A stretch of 61,499 nucleotides of DNA, from assembly GCA_013285735.1 (NCBI GenBank), contig JABDGZ010000006.1:1-61499 (forward strand). Reading direction: 5' to 3'. Below the pieces are notes generated by a model. The model did not search any database, was not told the DNA's origin, and saw nothing but the letters and a program-made list of their open reading frames with translations. The position numbers were made by a program, and so were the translations under genes. How positions within the stretch are numbered: position 1 is the stretch's first letter; the number at the start of each line of letters is the position of its first letter. This document shows positions 30,295 through 40,770 of the stretch, piece after piece. The DNA comes from Candidatus Omnitrophota bacterium. Lineage in GTDB: Bacteria > Omnitrophota > Gorgyraeia > Zapsychrales > Fredricksoniimonadaceae.

Positions 30295-31005
30295 TCATTT
30301 TGGCTCGGAGAAAGTAAAATCTATTTTTTGAGATGAATTATCGGTGACGGTCACGGTGGCTGTTTGACTTTCCAATTTTTCATGCCATGCTTCGATCGTA
30401 TATGTCCCTGCGGGGATGTTTTTAATTTCAAATTTTCCGTCTGATCCTGTCACTGTAAAAAATGGATGTGACATGACCGCTATCCATGCCTTCATCCAGG
30501 GATGGACATCGCATTGGACTTGGAACATGAATTCCGGTTTATTAAAAGTTATTTCTAACTCTTTGCGGAAATCCGGCATGGATTCGTTAAATTCCGGATT
30601 TATTTGGCACAGGCCATGCACATTATGCAAGGTGCCGTCGGGATTGAGAAATTTGACCTTCTGCCCTGCCATGACACCTATTATATGGGGAGTATAATTG
30701 CATCCCCCTTGATTGATCACAACATCTTGGGGCGGCGCCGGATAATCTGTCTTTGTCAAACCGTTTTTTATATAGACAAAGGCATCGCTCAAGGTATTAT
30801 TGTCACCCACAACGATTGCTTGTGTATGTGTGTTACCTTTATTGACGGCGTAACATATAGGGTCAGCATCCATGTGGATTAATCTTGCAGAAGGCAGTGG
30901 ACCGTCGTATTTAACTGTACCCACAATCGAACCATCAGCAAAAGCATACGTATTAAGAGTGAGACTAAAAATGAACGTTATTATAAAAAAGAATTTTTTA
31001 AACAT
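30295..31005 (-). CDS. Secreted cupredoxin (amicyanin-like type 1 copper site) flanked by carboxypeptidase-regulatory-like beta domains
   Basis: Signal peptide. Candidate copper ligands are HNVH and CDVHPWM (C-x2-H-x2-M spacing, as in amicyanin). The C-terminal FTVTGSDGKFEIKNIPAGTYTIEAW is a CarboxypepD_reg-like segment. Confidence 0.65.
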   Translation of the reverse strand: MFKKFFFIITFIFSLTLNTYAFADGSIVGTVKYDGPLPSARLIHMDADPICYAVNKGNTHTQAIVVGDNNTLSDAFVYIKNGLTKTDYPAPPQDVVINQGGCNYTPHIIGVMAGQKVKFLNPDGTLHNVHGLCQINPEFNESMPDFRKELEITFNKPEFMFQVQCDVHPWMKAWIAVMSHPFFTVTGSDGKFEIKNIPAGTYTIEAWHEKLESQTATVTVTDNSSQKIDFTFSEPK

Positions 31006-31017
31006 AAGTAAAGAGAA

Positions 31018-31368
31018 TTATCGGATATGAATAACTTTTTTATTCACTGGTTTGGATAGTATTTTCAGCAATGAAGGAACAAGTAATTTTAGATATTCCA
31101 ACTGGTTCTTTGCTGGGCATAACACAATAACGGTGATTTTATATTTTTGCAGATTCTGTTGGAAAGAAAGATTCTTGTCCGAGGTAATAAAAATATCAAA
31201 ATGAGCCTGGGCATTGGTCAATAATTTACCATTCACTAATCCTGACCATCCCATTTGAGGAACAGTTTTTATATAAAAATGGGGTATTTCTAAAGCCAAG
31301 TTTCTATCCAGGCATTCGTCTAAAAGAATTTTAGGCTTTGGCAAGGAACTTCTCCTTGGCTTCTTCAA
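31018..31368 (-). CDS. DUF5615-like (PIN-like) toxin candidate
   Basis: KILLDECLDRNLA...FDIFITSDKNLSFQQNL pattern. It is paired with, and overlaps, an upstream DUF433 gene. Confidence 0.6.
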   Translation of the reverse strand: MKKPRRSSLPKPKILLDECLDRNLALEIPHFYIKTVPQMGWSGLVNGKLLTNAQAHFDIFITSDKNLSFQQNLQKYKITVIVLCPAKNQLEYLKLLVPSLLKILSKPVNKKVIHIR

Positions 31369-31540
31369 GGAATGTAACTACTTGTTCTTTGGAAACGGTG
31401 GGGAACCCTTCCAAAAAGTCTTCAATAGATTCACCTGATTCTAAATAATCAATGAGTGTCTGCATCGGCACCCTTGTACCTCTAAATACTGGAGTGCCTC
31501 CCATAATCCTTAAATCTGAAGATACTGCTTTTGATTTCAT
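31331..31540 (-). CDS. DUF433 antitoxin-like protein
   Basis: The IMGGTPVFRGTRVPMQTLIDYLESGESIEDFLEGFP core is typical of DUF433. Confidence 0.7.
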   Translation of the reverse strand: MKSKAVSSDLRIMGGTPVFRGTRVPMQTLIDYLESGESIEDFLEGFPTVSKEQVVTFLEEAKEKFLAKA

Positions 31541-31599
31541 ACCTAATTTATATCATGCTAGATATAATCAAGCAAGGTCTTTCTGATAACATTGATATT

Positions 31600-33442
31600 T
31601 TATGGGGCTGTCCTAGCAAATCGTGCGCCATAAGTGACATCGCCTTTCGCCTCTGTACCGAAAGCAGCACCCCAACGCTCAGAGATGGAATAGGGAGGGG
31701 TTCCATTCCAATCTCCGCCACGAAAACCACTTCCATCTGCTACGAATACTTCTCCAGCATCAATGACGTAACCTGGCCAGTCTTTATTCGTCGCATTTCC
31801 ATCTGTAGATAAAACACCGGTTCCATGACTTCCTTTAAATTCTCTACCTTTTTTATTTCCAATAGTTACCACTGGCTTATCAACATTTCCACTCAAACTC
31901 ATTATTCCCCAATAAGAAGCCCCTTTTTGCAAGCGTTCAGTTGTTGACGATGGTATACAACCTGCTTCTCTAATCGGACCTTTAATTATTCCCCCAAAAT
32001 TACATAATCCATTTCCTCTATCAATGGATTCTTCTAAATTTTGTCCGCCATTACGCATCCTCCTTACCTGCGTTATTTCGGAGCTTCCCCATGAAAATTC
32101 ATTTGGTATTCCTTGATCCACATTGCTTGGGCCACGTGCTGCCTTTTCATACTCAAGCTCTGTAAAAGGCCGCAATCCAGCCCATGCCGCATACGCTGCT
32201 CCATCCGACCAACTTAAAGAATTTGCCGGTATCCATTCACCATCAGAACTGCCGTTCAATGTCCCTGTACACATCACATCCAAACGTTACAGGACCTGAA
32301 GATGGAATCGGTGATATGACTCGTATCCCATTGCGTGCTTTTGGCGTTAATGAACGTTTCATCACATATACCCTGCTCACTTTTATTTTATTAGCACTTG
32401 AAGGTTGTGAAAGAGACCAAATTTCATCAAAATTACTCCCTGAAATTTCTGCTGGTCTCTGTATAGATTTACCTTTATATTGCTTGAAATGGACTTCATC
32501 TCAGTTCGTCTGCACGAATAAACATAGATTCTTGAATGTTCCCATCTATAGCTGTCACAATATGCATTTCTTGCTGCGTTCTGGTCAATGTATTTAAAAA
32601 ATCACGGTATTGGCCCTGCGTCAAGTCGTATTTCATCATGTAAAATGCGTTATATCCTTTTGGAAAAGTTGCGGGTAGAGCTTGCGATGTGGTATCGTTA
32701 AAATCATCGCTTACACTAGAGTCATTAGGCATCCCCCTGGCGTTGTTATTTCCTAAACTTGAAGCTCCACCCCCTCCTAAAGTTAATGCTCCCTCTGATA
32801 TAATTTGAAAAGGTTTTGTTGTGTTTGTTCCCGAGCAGAATTGTCCTTCCACATCCGTTGTTGTTCCATCCCCTACATAAAATGATCCCTGTGTTACATA
32901 GACCATTTCTATGGCAAAAATTTTAACCTGCGCTCTAACCATAGTAGAAGCCAAAAGCCCATTGGCTCCCCAATTCCAGACTAACTGTACTCCGTTAGTA
33001 ATCAAAGTGCCAGAGCCATGGTTGCCCTTTGTAAAAAAGCGCCCGTATAACCAGAAACTGGCTCTGTAGGTACAATAATTTGCAATGCTGTACCAATTCC
33101 TAACGAATAATTTGAAGGGTTAATAATACCGTTTCCTGAGGGAGTTGTCATACCTCCGGTAGCTTGAAGTTTGGCGTGGTTCCAAGTAGATCCTCCATCG
33201 GTGGAATACTTAATAAAGACCCATGCTGCGTCATAATTAATGGAATTTCGCCAGGAATTTTGCCATGTAATATTAAACTGCACATTTGCTGTTTGGTTAA
33301 TATCATTATGAGAAGTAATGCTGACATTAGAAACTGTAACATCATTGGCTAAGGCTATACCTTTAAACAGTGACAGGGAAATAACGATGATTAAGAAAAT
33401 AATTGAAGATTTTTTCATAGCATTAAATAATTCATTGACCAA
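31600..33442 (-). pseudogene. Secreted FGE-sulfatase (SUMF1)-domain protein, disrupted by at least 3 frame breaks
   Basis: Three collinear ORFs (33002..33442, 32496..33005, 31600..32283), plus an unlisted open frame in 32284-32495, together encode one protein. It has a signal peptide, an N-terminal beta domain (FNITWQNSWRNSINYDAAWVFIKY), the SUMF1 start (MVYVTQGSFYVGDG, YMMKYDLTQGQYRDFL) and the SUMF1 end (SWSDGAAYAAWAGLRPFTELEYEKAARG). The second and third pieces begin with TTG only. Confidence 0.7.
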
Positions 33443-33974
33443 TTCCGAAGAGATACCATAAATTACCGGCGATGTGGGTGTCTTGGGCTAAGTGTTCAAG
33501 TAAAAAATTTTTGGCATCCTCTTTACTTACTAGAAAAACTTGAATATCTTCAGCTTCTTCCAGTTCTTGAATAGGGTTTTGGTTGGCGGGTAGATTTTCA
33601 TCTACTTCGATCGTAACGATCCGGGCGCTATCATTAATGAGCGAGGCACCGGTTTTTAAAACAGGGCTTACATCTATAATTTTTCCGGTATATCCGGTTT
33701 CTTCTTTTAATTCAACCAAGGCATGATCAGGGTCATTAAATCCTAAACCTGCCGGCAAGGCAATGATGTACCCGTCGATGGCTGGCCGGTATTGTTTGAT
33801 CAGAATAAAACGTTTGGAAGGCATGAGGCGTGCGAGTATCACAACGCCCACGGTTGAACGTTTGCGATCGACACATTCCCAGCTTAATTCTTTACCTTCT
33901 TTGTTTTGGTAAATGGTCTCACGCACCGAAAGCCATTGGCCTTCGTATAATATTTTTTCATGAAGCTTTTTCAT
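33432..33974 (-). CDS. NUDIX hydrolase (ADP-ribose pyrophosphatase-like)
   Basis: Nudix box GLGFNDPDHALVELKEETGY. Confidence 0.85.
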   Translation of the reverse strand: MKKLHEKILYEGQWLSVRETIYQNKEGKELSWECVDRKRSTVGVVILARLMPSKRFILIKQYRPAIDGYIIALPAGLGFNDPDHALVELKEETGYTGKIIDVSPVLKTGASLINDSARIVTIEVDENLPANQNPIQELEEAEDIQVFLVSKEDAKNFLLEHLAQDTHIAGNLWYLFGIGQ

Positions 33975-33977
33975 ATT

Positions 33978-35662
<1,685 letters not shown>

Positions 35663-36550
35663 TTATTTTAGCGCCTCTGCTCCTGAAATGATTTCTATTA
35701 ATTCCGTTGTAATGGCTGCTTGACGGGCGCGGTTGCGCAGCAAGGTATAGCGATCAATTAAATCCGCTGTGTTTGTTGAAGCTTTATCCATCGCTGCCAT
35801 ACGTGCCCCGTGTTCACCAGCGGCGTTTTCCAGTAAGGTAAAGAAGATTTTAAAGTTCAAGAATTTAGGGATCATGAAATGCAGTATTTCTTTTTCTTCA
35901 GGTTCAAAAGAATAATTTTGGAGTTTCGGTGATTTTTTGTCCGTAGGGACTGTTGCAGACTTCCTAATGAGCGAATCATCCAAAGGCAGGATTTTTTCAA
36001 TTACCGGTGTTTGGCTCAATGGCCCGTCAAAACGATTATAGGCTAAATAAACTTCTTCATAATTCCCCATGATGACGTCTTCTGAAATATCTTGAGCTAC
36101 CTTTTGAGCATCACTGAAGGTTGGTTTCATGGTAATGTTTTCATAATATTTATTGATCTTGGCCGTACGCCTAAAGGACATGTATCCCCGGCGGCCACAA
36201 AAACTCATTCCGATCGTGGTGTACTTGTAGGGGTTTTCTTTGATCCAGTTCCTGGTTTTTCTAATCAGATTATTATTAAACCCGCCGCATAAGCCTTTAT
36301 CAGAGGTAAATAAAACGATCAGGCTTTTAGTCACTGCTTTTTTAGTCATTAGCAATGGATGAGTAACGGAACCAAAATTAAATAAACGTCCCATTAATGC
36401 AGTCAGCTTATGCGCGTATTCTTCAGCGCTCAGTTGTGCCTTGTGGGCACGCCTGAACTTACTGGCGGAGACCATTTTCATGGTCTTAGTCATTTTGCGC
36501 GTATTTTTGAGTGAAGTGATTTTTTTATTAAATTCTTTTGTGCCGATCAT
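35663..36550 (-). CDS. atpG: ATP synthase gamma subunit
   Basis: N-terminal [25 protein letters not shown] and C-terminal [15 protein letters not shown]. Confidence 0.95.
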   Translation of the reverse strand: MIGTKEFNKKITSLKNTRKMTKTMKMVSASKFRRAHKAQLSAEEYAHKLTALMGRLFNFGSVTHPLLMTKKAVTKSLIVLFTSDKGLCGGFNNNLIRKTRNWIKENPYKYTTIGMSFCGRRGYMSFRRTAKINKYYENITMKPTFSDAQKVAQDISEDVIMGNYEEVYLAYNRFDGPLSQTPVIEKILPLDDSLIRKSATVPTDKKSPKLQNYSFEPEEKEILHFMIPKFLNFKIFFTLLENAAGEHGARMAAMDKASTNTADLIDRYTLLRNRARQAAITTELIEIISGAEALK

Positions 36551-38061
36551 ACTTTAAACGTTCCTTTTACTTCTTCTAATAATTTTTTCAAGGCAGCTTT
36601 TACTTCATCGGACATGGCCAAGGTTTTATTAAACAATTGCACAAAGTCCCCATACTTGCTGTCTATTTGAGTGGATAAGTATTCCTCGAAGTCGCATACT
36701 TTATTAACAGGGATATCATCCAGAAATCCATTAGTTCCTGCGAAAATAATCGCCACTTGTTTAACTACCGGCAAGGGCACATGAATGCCCTGTTTGATGA
36801 CTTCCATCAAACGTTTGCCGCGATCAAGTTGTTTGCGGGTAGCTGCATCCAAGTCTGAAGCAAATTGCGAAAAAGCAGCCAATTCACGGTACTGGGCCAG
36901 GTCCAATCGCAGAGAACCTGCTGTTTGTTTCATGGCCTTGACCTGAGCATCTCCCCCGACGCGTGAAACAGAAAGACCTGCATTAATCGCAGGACGCTGG
37001 CCTGCGTTAAAGAGGTCACCTTCAAGAAAAATTTGTCCGTCGGTAATAGAAATAACGTTGGTCGGAATATAGGCAGACACGTCGCTCGCTTGAGTTTCGA
37101 TAATGGGTAAGGCAGTTAAAGAACCAGCTCCTTTTTTATCAGATAATTTTGCGGCACGTTCCAACAGACGGCTATGCAGATAGAAAATATCGCCAGGATA
37201 CGCCTCACGGCCCGGCGGGCGTCGTAAAAGCAGGGACAACTGACGGTAAGCCTGGGCTTGTTTAGTCAAATCATCATAAACGATCAAAGCATGTTTACCA
37301 TTATCGCGATAATATTCAGCCATGGCAGTACCGGCATAAGGTGCTAAAAATTGCATGGGTGCGGGATCAGAGGCGGTGGCCGCCACGATCGTTGTATATT
37401 CCATGGCCCCGAATTTACGTAAAGTTTCATAAACCTGAACTACCGTCGATCTTTTCTGGCCGATGGCGACATAAAAACAGAATACCCCTTTACCCTTTTG
37501 ATTGATGATCGTATCAATGGCCAAGGTTGTTTTTCCGGTTTTTCTGTCCCCGATAATCAATTCGCGCTGGCCGCGGCCAATGGGTGTTAACGCATCAATG
37601 ACCTTGATACCTGTTTGCAGAGGTTCATGCACATTTTTGCGGTCAATGATTCCCGGCGCTTTAAGTTCAATAGGCTGCATGGAGCTTGGGACAAAGGCAG
37701 GTTTGCCATCAACAGGTGCGCCTAAAGCATCGACAATACGGCCTAACAGGGCTTCTCCGGCGGGTACAGAGGCGATTTTACCGGTACGTTTGACCTCGTC
37801 ACCTTCCTTAATATGTGAATCTTTACCGAATATAGCTACCCCCACATTGCTTTCTTCCAAATTTAAGGCAATGCCTTTAATGCCATCCGAAAATTCCACT
37901 AATTCACCGGCCATGACATTTGCAAGGCCAAAAACACGTGCAATACCGTCACCGACATTGAGCACAGTGCCAACCTCAGAGGTTTCTACCTTGCTGGTAA
38001 AATTAGCTAATTGCTGTTTAAGGATGGAAGATATTTCATCGGCATTTAATTGTTGGGGCAT
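36547..38061 (-). CDS. atpA: ATP synthase alpha subunit
   Basis: Walker A motif GDRKTGKT. The true start is [17 protein letters not shown] at 38061, with GGAAGGA 7 nt upstream. The listed 16-aa extension ([16 protein letters not shown]) is a translation of the REP copy. Confidence 0.96.
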   Translation of the reverse strand: MPQQLNADEISSILKQQLANFTSKVETSEVGTVLNVGDGIARVFGLANVMAGELVEFSDGIKGIALNLEESNVGVAIFGKDSHIKEGDEVKRTGKIASVPAGEALLGRIVDALGAPVDGKPAFVPSSMQPIELKAPGIIDRKNVHEPLQTGIKVIDALTPIGRGQRELIIGDRKTGKTTLAIDTIINQKGKGVFCFYVAIGQKRSTVVQVYETLRKFGAMEYTTIVAATASDPAPMQFLAPYAGTAMAEYYRDNGKHALIVYDDLTKQAQAYRQLSLLLRRPPGREAYPGDIFYLHSRLLERAAKLSDKKGAGSLTALPIIETQASDVSAYIPTNVISITDGQIFLEGDLFNAGQRPAINAGLSVSRVGGDAQVKAMKQTAGSLRLDLAQYRELAAFSQFASDLDAATRKQLDRGKRLMEVIKQGIHVPLPVVKQVAIIFAGTNGFLDDIPVNKVCDFEEYLSTQIDSKYGDFVQLFNKTLAMSDEVKAALKKLLEEVKGTFKV

Positions 38062-38082
38062 AATTGTCCTTCCCTGTCGCTT

Positions 38083-38107
38083 GTCATTCCCGCGAAAGCG
38101 GGAATCC
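38083..38107 (+). repeat. REP-family copy in the atpH-atpA spacer
   Basis: GTCATTCCCGCGAAAGCGGGAATCC, identical to 11885-11909. Confidence 0.85.
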
Positions 38108-38115
38108 ATTAAGAA

Positions 38116-38643
38116 TTAAGTTGTCTGTTGAGAAAAATGGCTTAGTTGAGTTTTAAAACTGTAATCATAAAGTTTACCTTGGGCAAAAATACGAAATCCT
38201 CCTATAAGAGAGGGATCTAGACTCCATCGGGTAATCATCTGCTGATTGAATTTATTTTGTAAATGTTGATTGATATAAGCTTTGTCTTCATCCTTGATAG
38301 GCAATGCTGTTTTTACATAGACCCGAATCTGATGAGTACTGACTAAATACATACTGTCAAAAGACTGAATGATATCTTTTAAGATATTTAAACGGCTTTT
38401 ATACGTGATAAATATAAGAAATCTGTAACAAAGATCAGGAATCTTTCCTTCAAATAAAGCTTTTAGGGTAGCGCAGCGTTCTTCGTAAGAAAGTAAAGGA
38501 TTGCTCAAAAATTGACGGAAATCCGCTAAATTGACAATAAGTTTCCTAATGTCAGACATCGTGGCTTCGACAGCTTCAAGAATATTTTGTTCTTGGGCCA
38601 GCTCAAAAAGCGATTTTGAATAACGATCAGCGGTTTGACTCAT
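38116..38643 (-). CDS. atpH: ATP synthase delta subunit
   Basis: 175 aa, OSCP-like, positioned between atpF and atpA. Confidence 0.85.
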   Translation of the reverse strand: MSQTADRYSKSLFELAQEQNILEAVEATMSDIRKLIVNLADFRQFLSNPLLSYEERCATLKALFEGKIPDLCYRFLIFITYKSRLNILKDIIQSFDSMYLVSTHQIRVYVKTALPIKDEDKAYINQHLQNKFNQQMITRWSLDPSLIGGFRIFAQGKLYDYSFKTQLSHFSQQTT

Positions 38644-38648
38644 AAAAT

Positions 38649-39143
38649 TTATACTTCTTTCATGGCCTGATTGATCAAATTCTTATTTTTTTCTGAATCC
38701 AGATTTTCTTTCAGGATTTTTTCAGCCAGGGATACGGCTGTTTGGACGCTTTCTTTCTTTAACGCATTGCGCACGCGTTCGCGCTCCCCTTCAATTTCCT
38801 GATGGGCGCTGCTGATGATTTCTTCCGCGTTCCTTTTAGCCCTCTGCTCGATCTGTGCTGCTAACTCATTGCCGGTTTTACGGGACTGCTCAATGATGGT
38901 ATTGCCTTTGTCCTTGGCTTCATCTAGGATTTTAGCCTTGGAAGCTTCAAGAGCCGCTAATTCAGCCTTGATTTTATCCGCATCATCGAGAGATTTACGG
39001 ATATAATCTTCCCTTTGTTTTAAGCTCGCCAAAATCGGTTTCCAGGCAAATTTTTGTAAAATAAAAAGCACGCAGAAAAAAGTGGCCCACAATAATATGG
39101 CCATTATTTTTTCAGGGTCTAGGAGTCCGTATCTCTCTGTCAT
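38649..39143 (-). CDS. atpF: ATP synthase b subunit
   Basis: One N-terminal TM helix followed by a long charged helix. Confidence 0.88.
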   Translation of the reverse strand: MTERYGLLDPEKIMAILLWATFFCVLFILQKFAWKPILASLKQREDYIRKSLDDADKIKAELAALEASKAKILDEAKDKGNTIIEQSRKTGNELAAQIEQRAKRNAEEIISSAHQEIEGERERVRNALKKESVQTAVSLAEKILKENLDSEKNKNLINQAMKEV

Positions 39144-39163
39144 AATTTATCCTTAGGTTTATT

Positions 39164-39400
39164 CTAACCATGAATGGCTAAAAAGCACATGATCGCAGCG
39201 AAAATCGCGATCCCTTCGACGATGGCCGCGCCTACCAGGGTCCATGTCATTAATTTACCTTCTAATTCCGGTTGACGGGCAATGCCTTGGATAAAAGAAG
39301 CAAAAATAAGTCCGACACCTACGCCAAGCCCCACGACAGAAAGCCCCATCCCTGCGGCGGCGGAGATCTGTCCTAAATGTGATGTTGTTTCTGGAGTCAT
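39164..39400 (-). CDS. atpE: ATP synthase c subunit
   Basis: Hairpin protein with GIARQPE loop and a carboxylate in AIVEGIAIFA. Confidence 0.93.
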   Translation of the reverse strand: MTPETTSHLGQISAAAGMGLSVVGLGVGVGLIFASFIQGIARQPELEGKLMTWTLVGAAIVEGIAIFAAIMCFLAIHG

Positions 39401-39428
39401 AAAAACTTCCTTTCGTTTAAGTTTACGT

Positions 39429-40196
39429 TTAATGTTTCGGATGATACATGTGTCCTATAAATATAGCTGAAAGCAAAACAAAAATAAAAGCTTGTAAAAG
39501 GCATACAAAAATTTCCATGCAATAAAAAAGAACCGCCATGGGAAAAGCCAGGACACCGGCCCATACACCAAATAAAATACATAAGCCTAAAAAGGCCGTT
39601 ATAACGATATGCCCTGCGATCATATTGGCAAAAAGACGCATGGCCAAGGCGACACAGCGTACAAAGAGTAAAAACACCTCGATAACAAACATGAAAGGCA
39701 CAAACCATCCTGGTATGCCTGGAGGCACCAAGGCATGCCACATGCCCATGATGCCGCCGCGCATCAGGGTCCCTCCAACCATCAGTACAAAAATAAGGAA
39801 AGCGAGTCCTGAGGTGAGATTAATGTTTCCAGTGGCTGTTGAAAAAATCGGGATAAGTCCCATTAAATTAAGGAGCAAAATAAAGAAAAAGAACGAACAA
39901 AACATGGGCGTGAATTTCTCACCCTCTTCTTGGCCCATATTAGGAACAACGATCTCGTCACGGATGTAAACAACAAAAAATTCAATAAAATTAGTTATCC
40001 CTGTGGGAACCCTGTCTTGTTTTCGGTAAACGCCCAGCATTAAAAAAAGAAGGAAAGCCGTACCAATCATCAGCATCAGCATATGCACTGTCAAAAAGTG
40101 AGGTAAATGGATGGGTGAAAAAAGCGGGATATGCCACTCGTAGGAATCGCCGATGTGGTGCATGATAAAATCATTTAAATCGAATTTAGGAGCCAT
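39429..40196 (-). CDS. atpB: ATP synthase a subunit
   Basis: RLFANMIAGH motif. Confidence 0.93.
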   Translation of the reverse strand: MAPKFDLNDFIMHHIGDSYEWHIPLFSPIHLPHFLTVHMLMLMIGTAFLLFLMLGVYRKQDRVPTGITNFIEFFVVYIRDEIVVPNMGQEEGEKFTPMFCSFFFFILLLNLMGLIPIFSTATGNINLTSGLAFLIFVLMVGGTLMRGGIMGMWHALVPPGIPGWFVPFMFVIEVFLLFVRCVALAMRLFANMIAGHIVITAFLGLCILFGVWAGVLAFPMAVLFYCMEIFVCLLQAFIFVLLSAIFIGHMYHPKH

Positions 40197-40265
40197 GATG
40201 TTCGTATCTTAGATGATAAGTTTAGGCAACGCAAGTACTTCGAGAAAAATTTTTAGGGTCTTATT

Positions 40266-40469
40266 TTATTGTTTATGAATCTGCCAGGCCTCATAAAAAG
40301 AGTAGGCCATGCCTAAGGCTATCCCTATCATCGTGCATAAAGGCAGGGTTTGGAATTTTTGGTCTAACCAAAATCCTAAAAGGGCTAAAATGAAGATGAT
40401 GCTGCCTAAGTTAAAGAGCTTAACTAACATATTAAGTTCCGGCTGCTTTGAAGGAAACTTCTTAGGCAT
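40266..40469 (-). CDS. AtpZ/AtpR-like small membrane protein
   Basis: 67 aa, 2 TM. LGFWLDQKFQTLPLCTMIGIALGMAYSFY resembles the ATPase_gene1 family. It lies directly upstream of atpB. Confidence 0.6.
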   Translation of the reverse strand: MPKKFPSKQPELNMLVKLFNLGSIIFILALLGFWLDQKFQTLPLCTMIGIALGMAYSFYEAWQIHKQ

Positions 40470-40770
40470 GTAGATGAGTTAAACAGAATATCAAAACCGC
40501 CAAGGTGATTGATAAAAGCATACCGGAAGGCATAAAAGTGCGAGTTTTGATCAGTCTTGAAATGAAACTGATGCACAATAGAACATTCAAACAGGTTAAG
40601 AATATCCAGGCAGGTTTGGGGGTGAAGGTCAAAAGCCAAACTCCTAATAAAATTAAAACACCACTGCTTAGGCCCATCACTAGAGAAATTTTACTCCCCT
40701 TCTTAAATCCAAGGAAGCCGCCTAAAATAAGAAAAAGAGCGTAGGTAATTAAAATAATATTATGAATCAT
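40462..40770 (-). CDS. TMEM14 (UPF0136) family membrane protein
   Basis: GGFLGFKKGSKISLVMGLSSGVLILLG ... TRTFMPSGMLLS parallels human TMEM14C [28 protein letters not shown] ... SGKFMPAGLIAG (from memory). It overlaps the hemA stop by 4 nt and the atpZ start by 8 nt. Confidence 0.75.
   Translation of the reverse strand: MIHNIILITYALFLILGGFLGFKKGSKISLVMGLSSGVLILLGVWLLTFTPKPAWIFLTCLNVLLCISFISRLIKTRTFMPSGMLLSITLAVLIFCLTHLHA

Noticed and set aside
642-33005. UGA recoding (code 4 or 25) was considered as an explanation for the broken ORFs, since all the breaks end in TGA.
   Set aside because: Reading through TGA in the same frame soon hits TAG or TAA, whereas a shifted frame stays open for hundreds of codons. 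Many well-defined genes here also terminate properly on TGA.
37502-38119. 205-aa plus-strand ORF. The same applies to ORFs at 7295..7831, 8441..8839, 34808..35209, 39538..39969, 51356..51760 and the other listed ORFs that lie inside or antisense to the called genes.
   Set aside because: These are shadow ORFs opposite strongly supported genes (atpA, fumC, SPFH, atpD, atpB, sdhC). Their composition is Ser/Pro/Arg-rich and typical of antisense frames.
39397-39741. 114-aa same-strand ORF overlapping atpB and atpE.
   Set aside because: It is an out-of-frame overlap with the conserved a-subunit gene and has no supporting motif.
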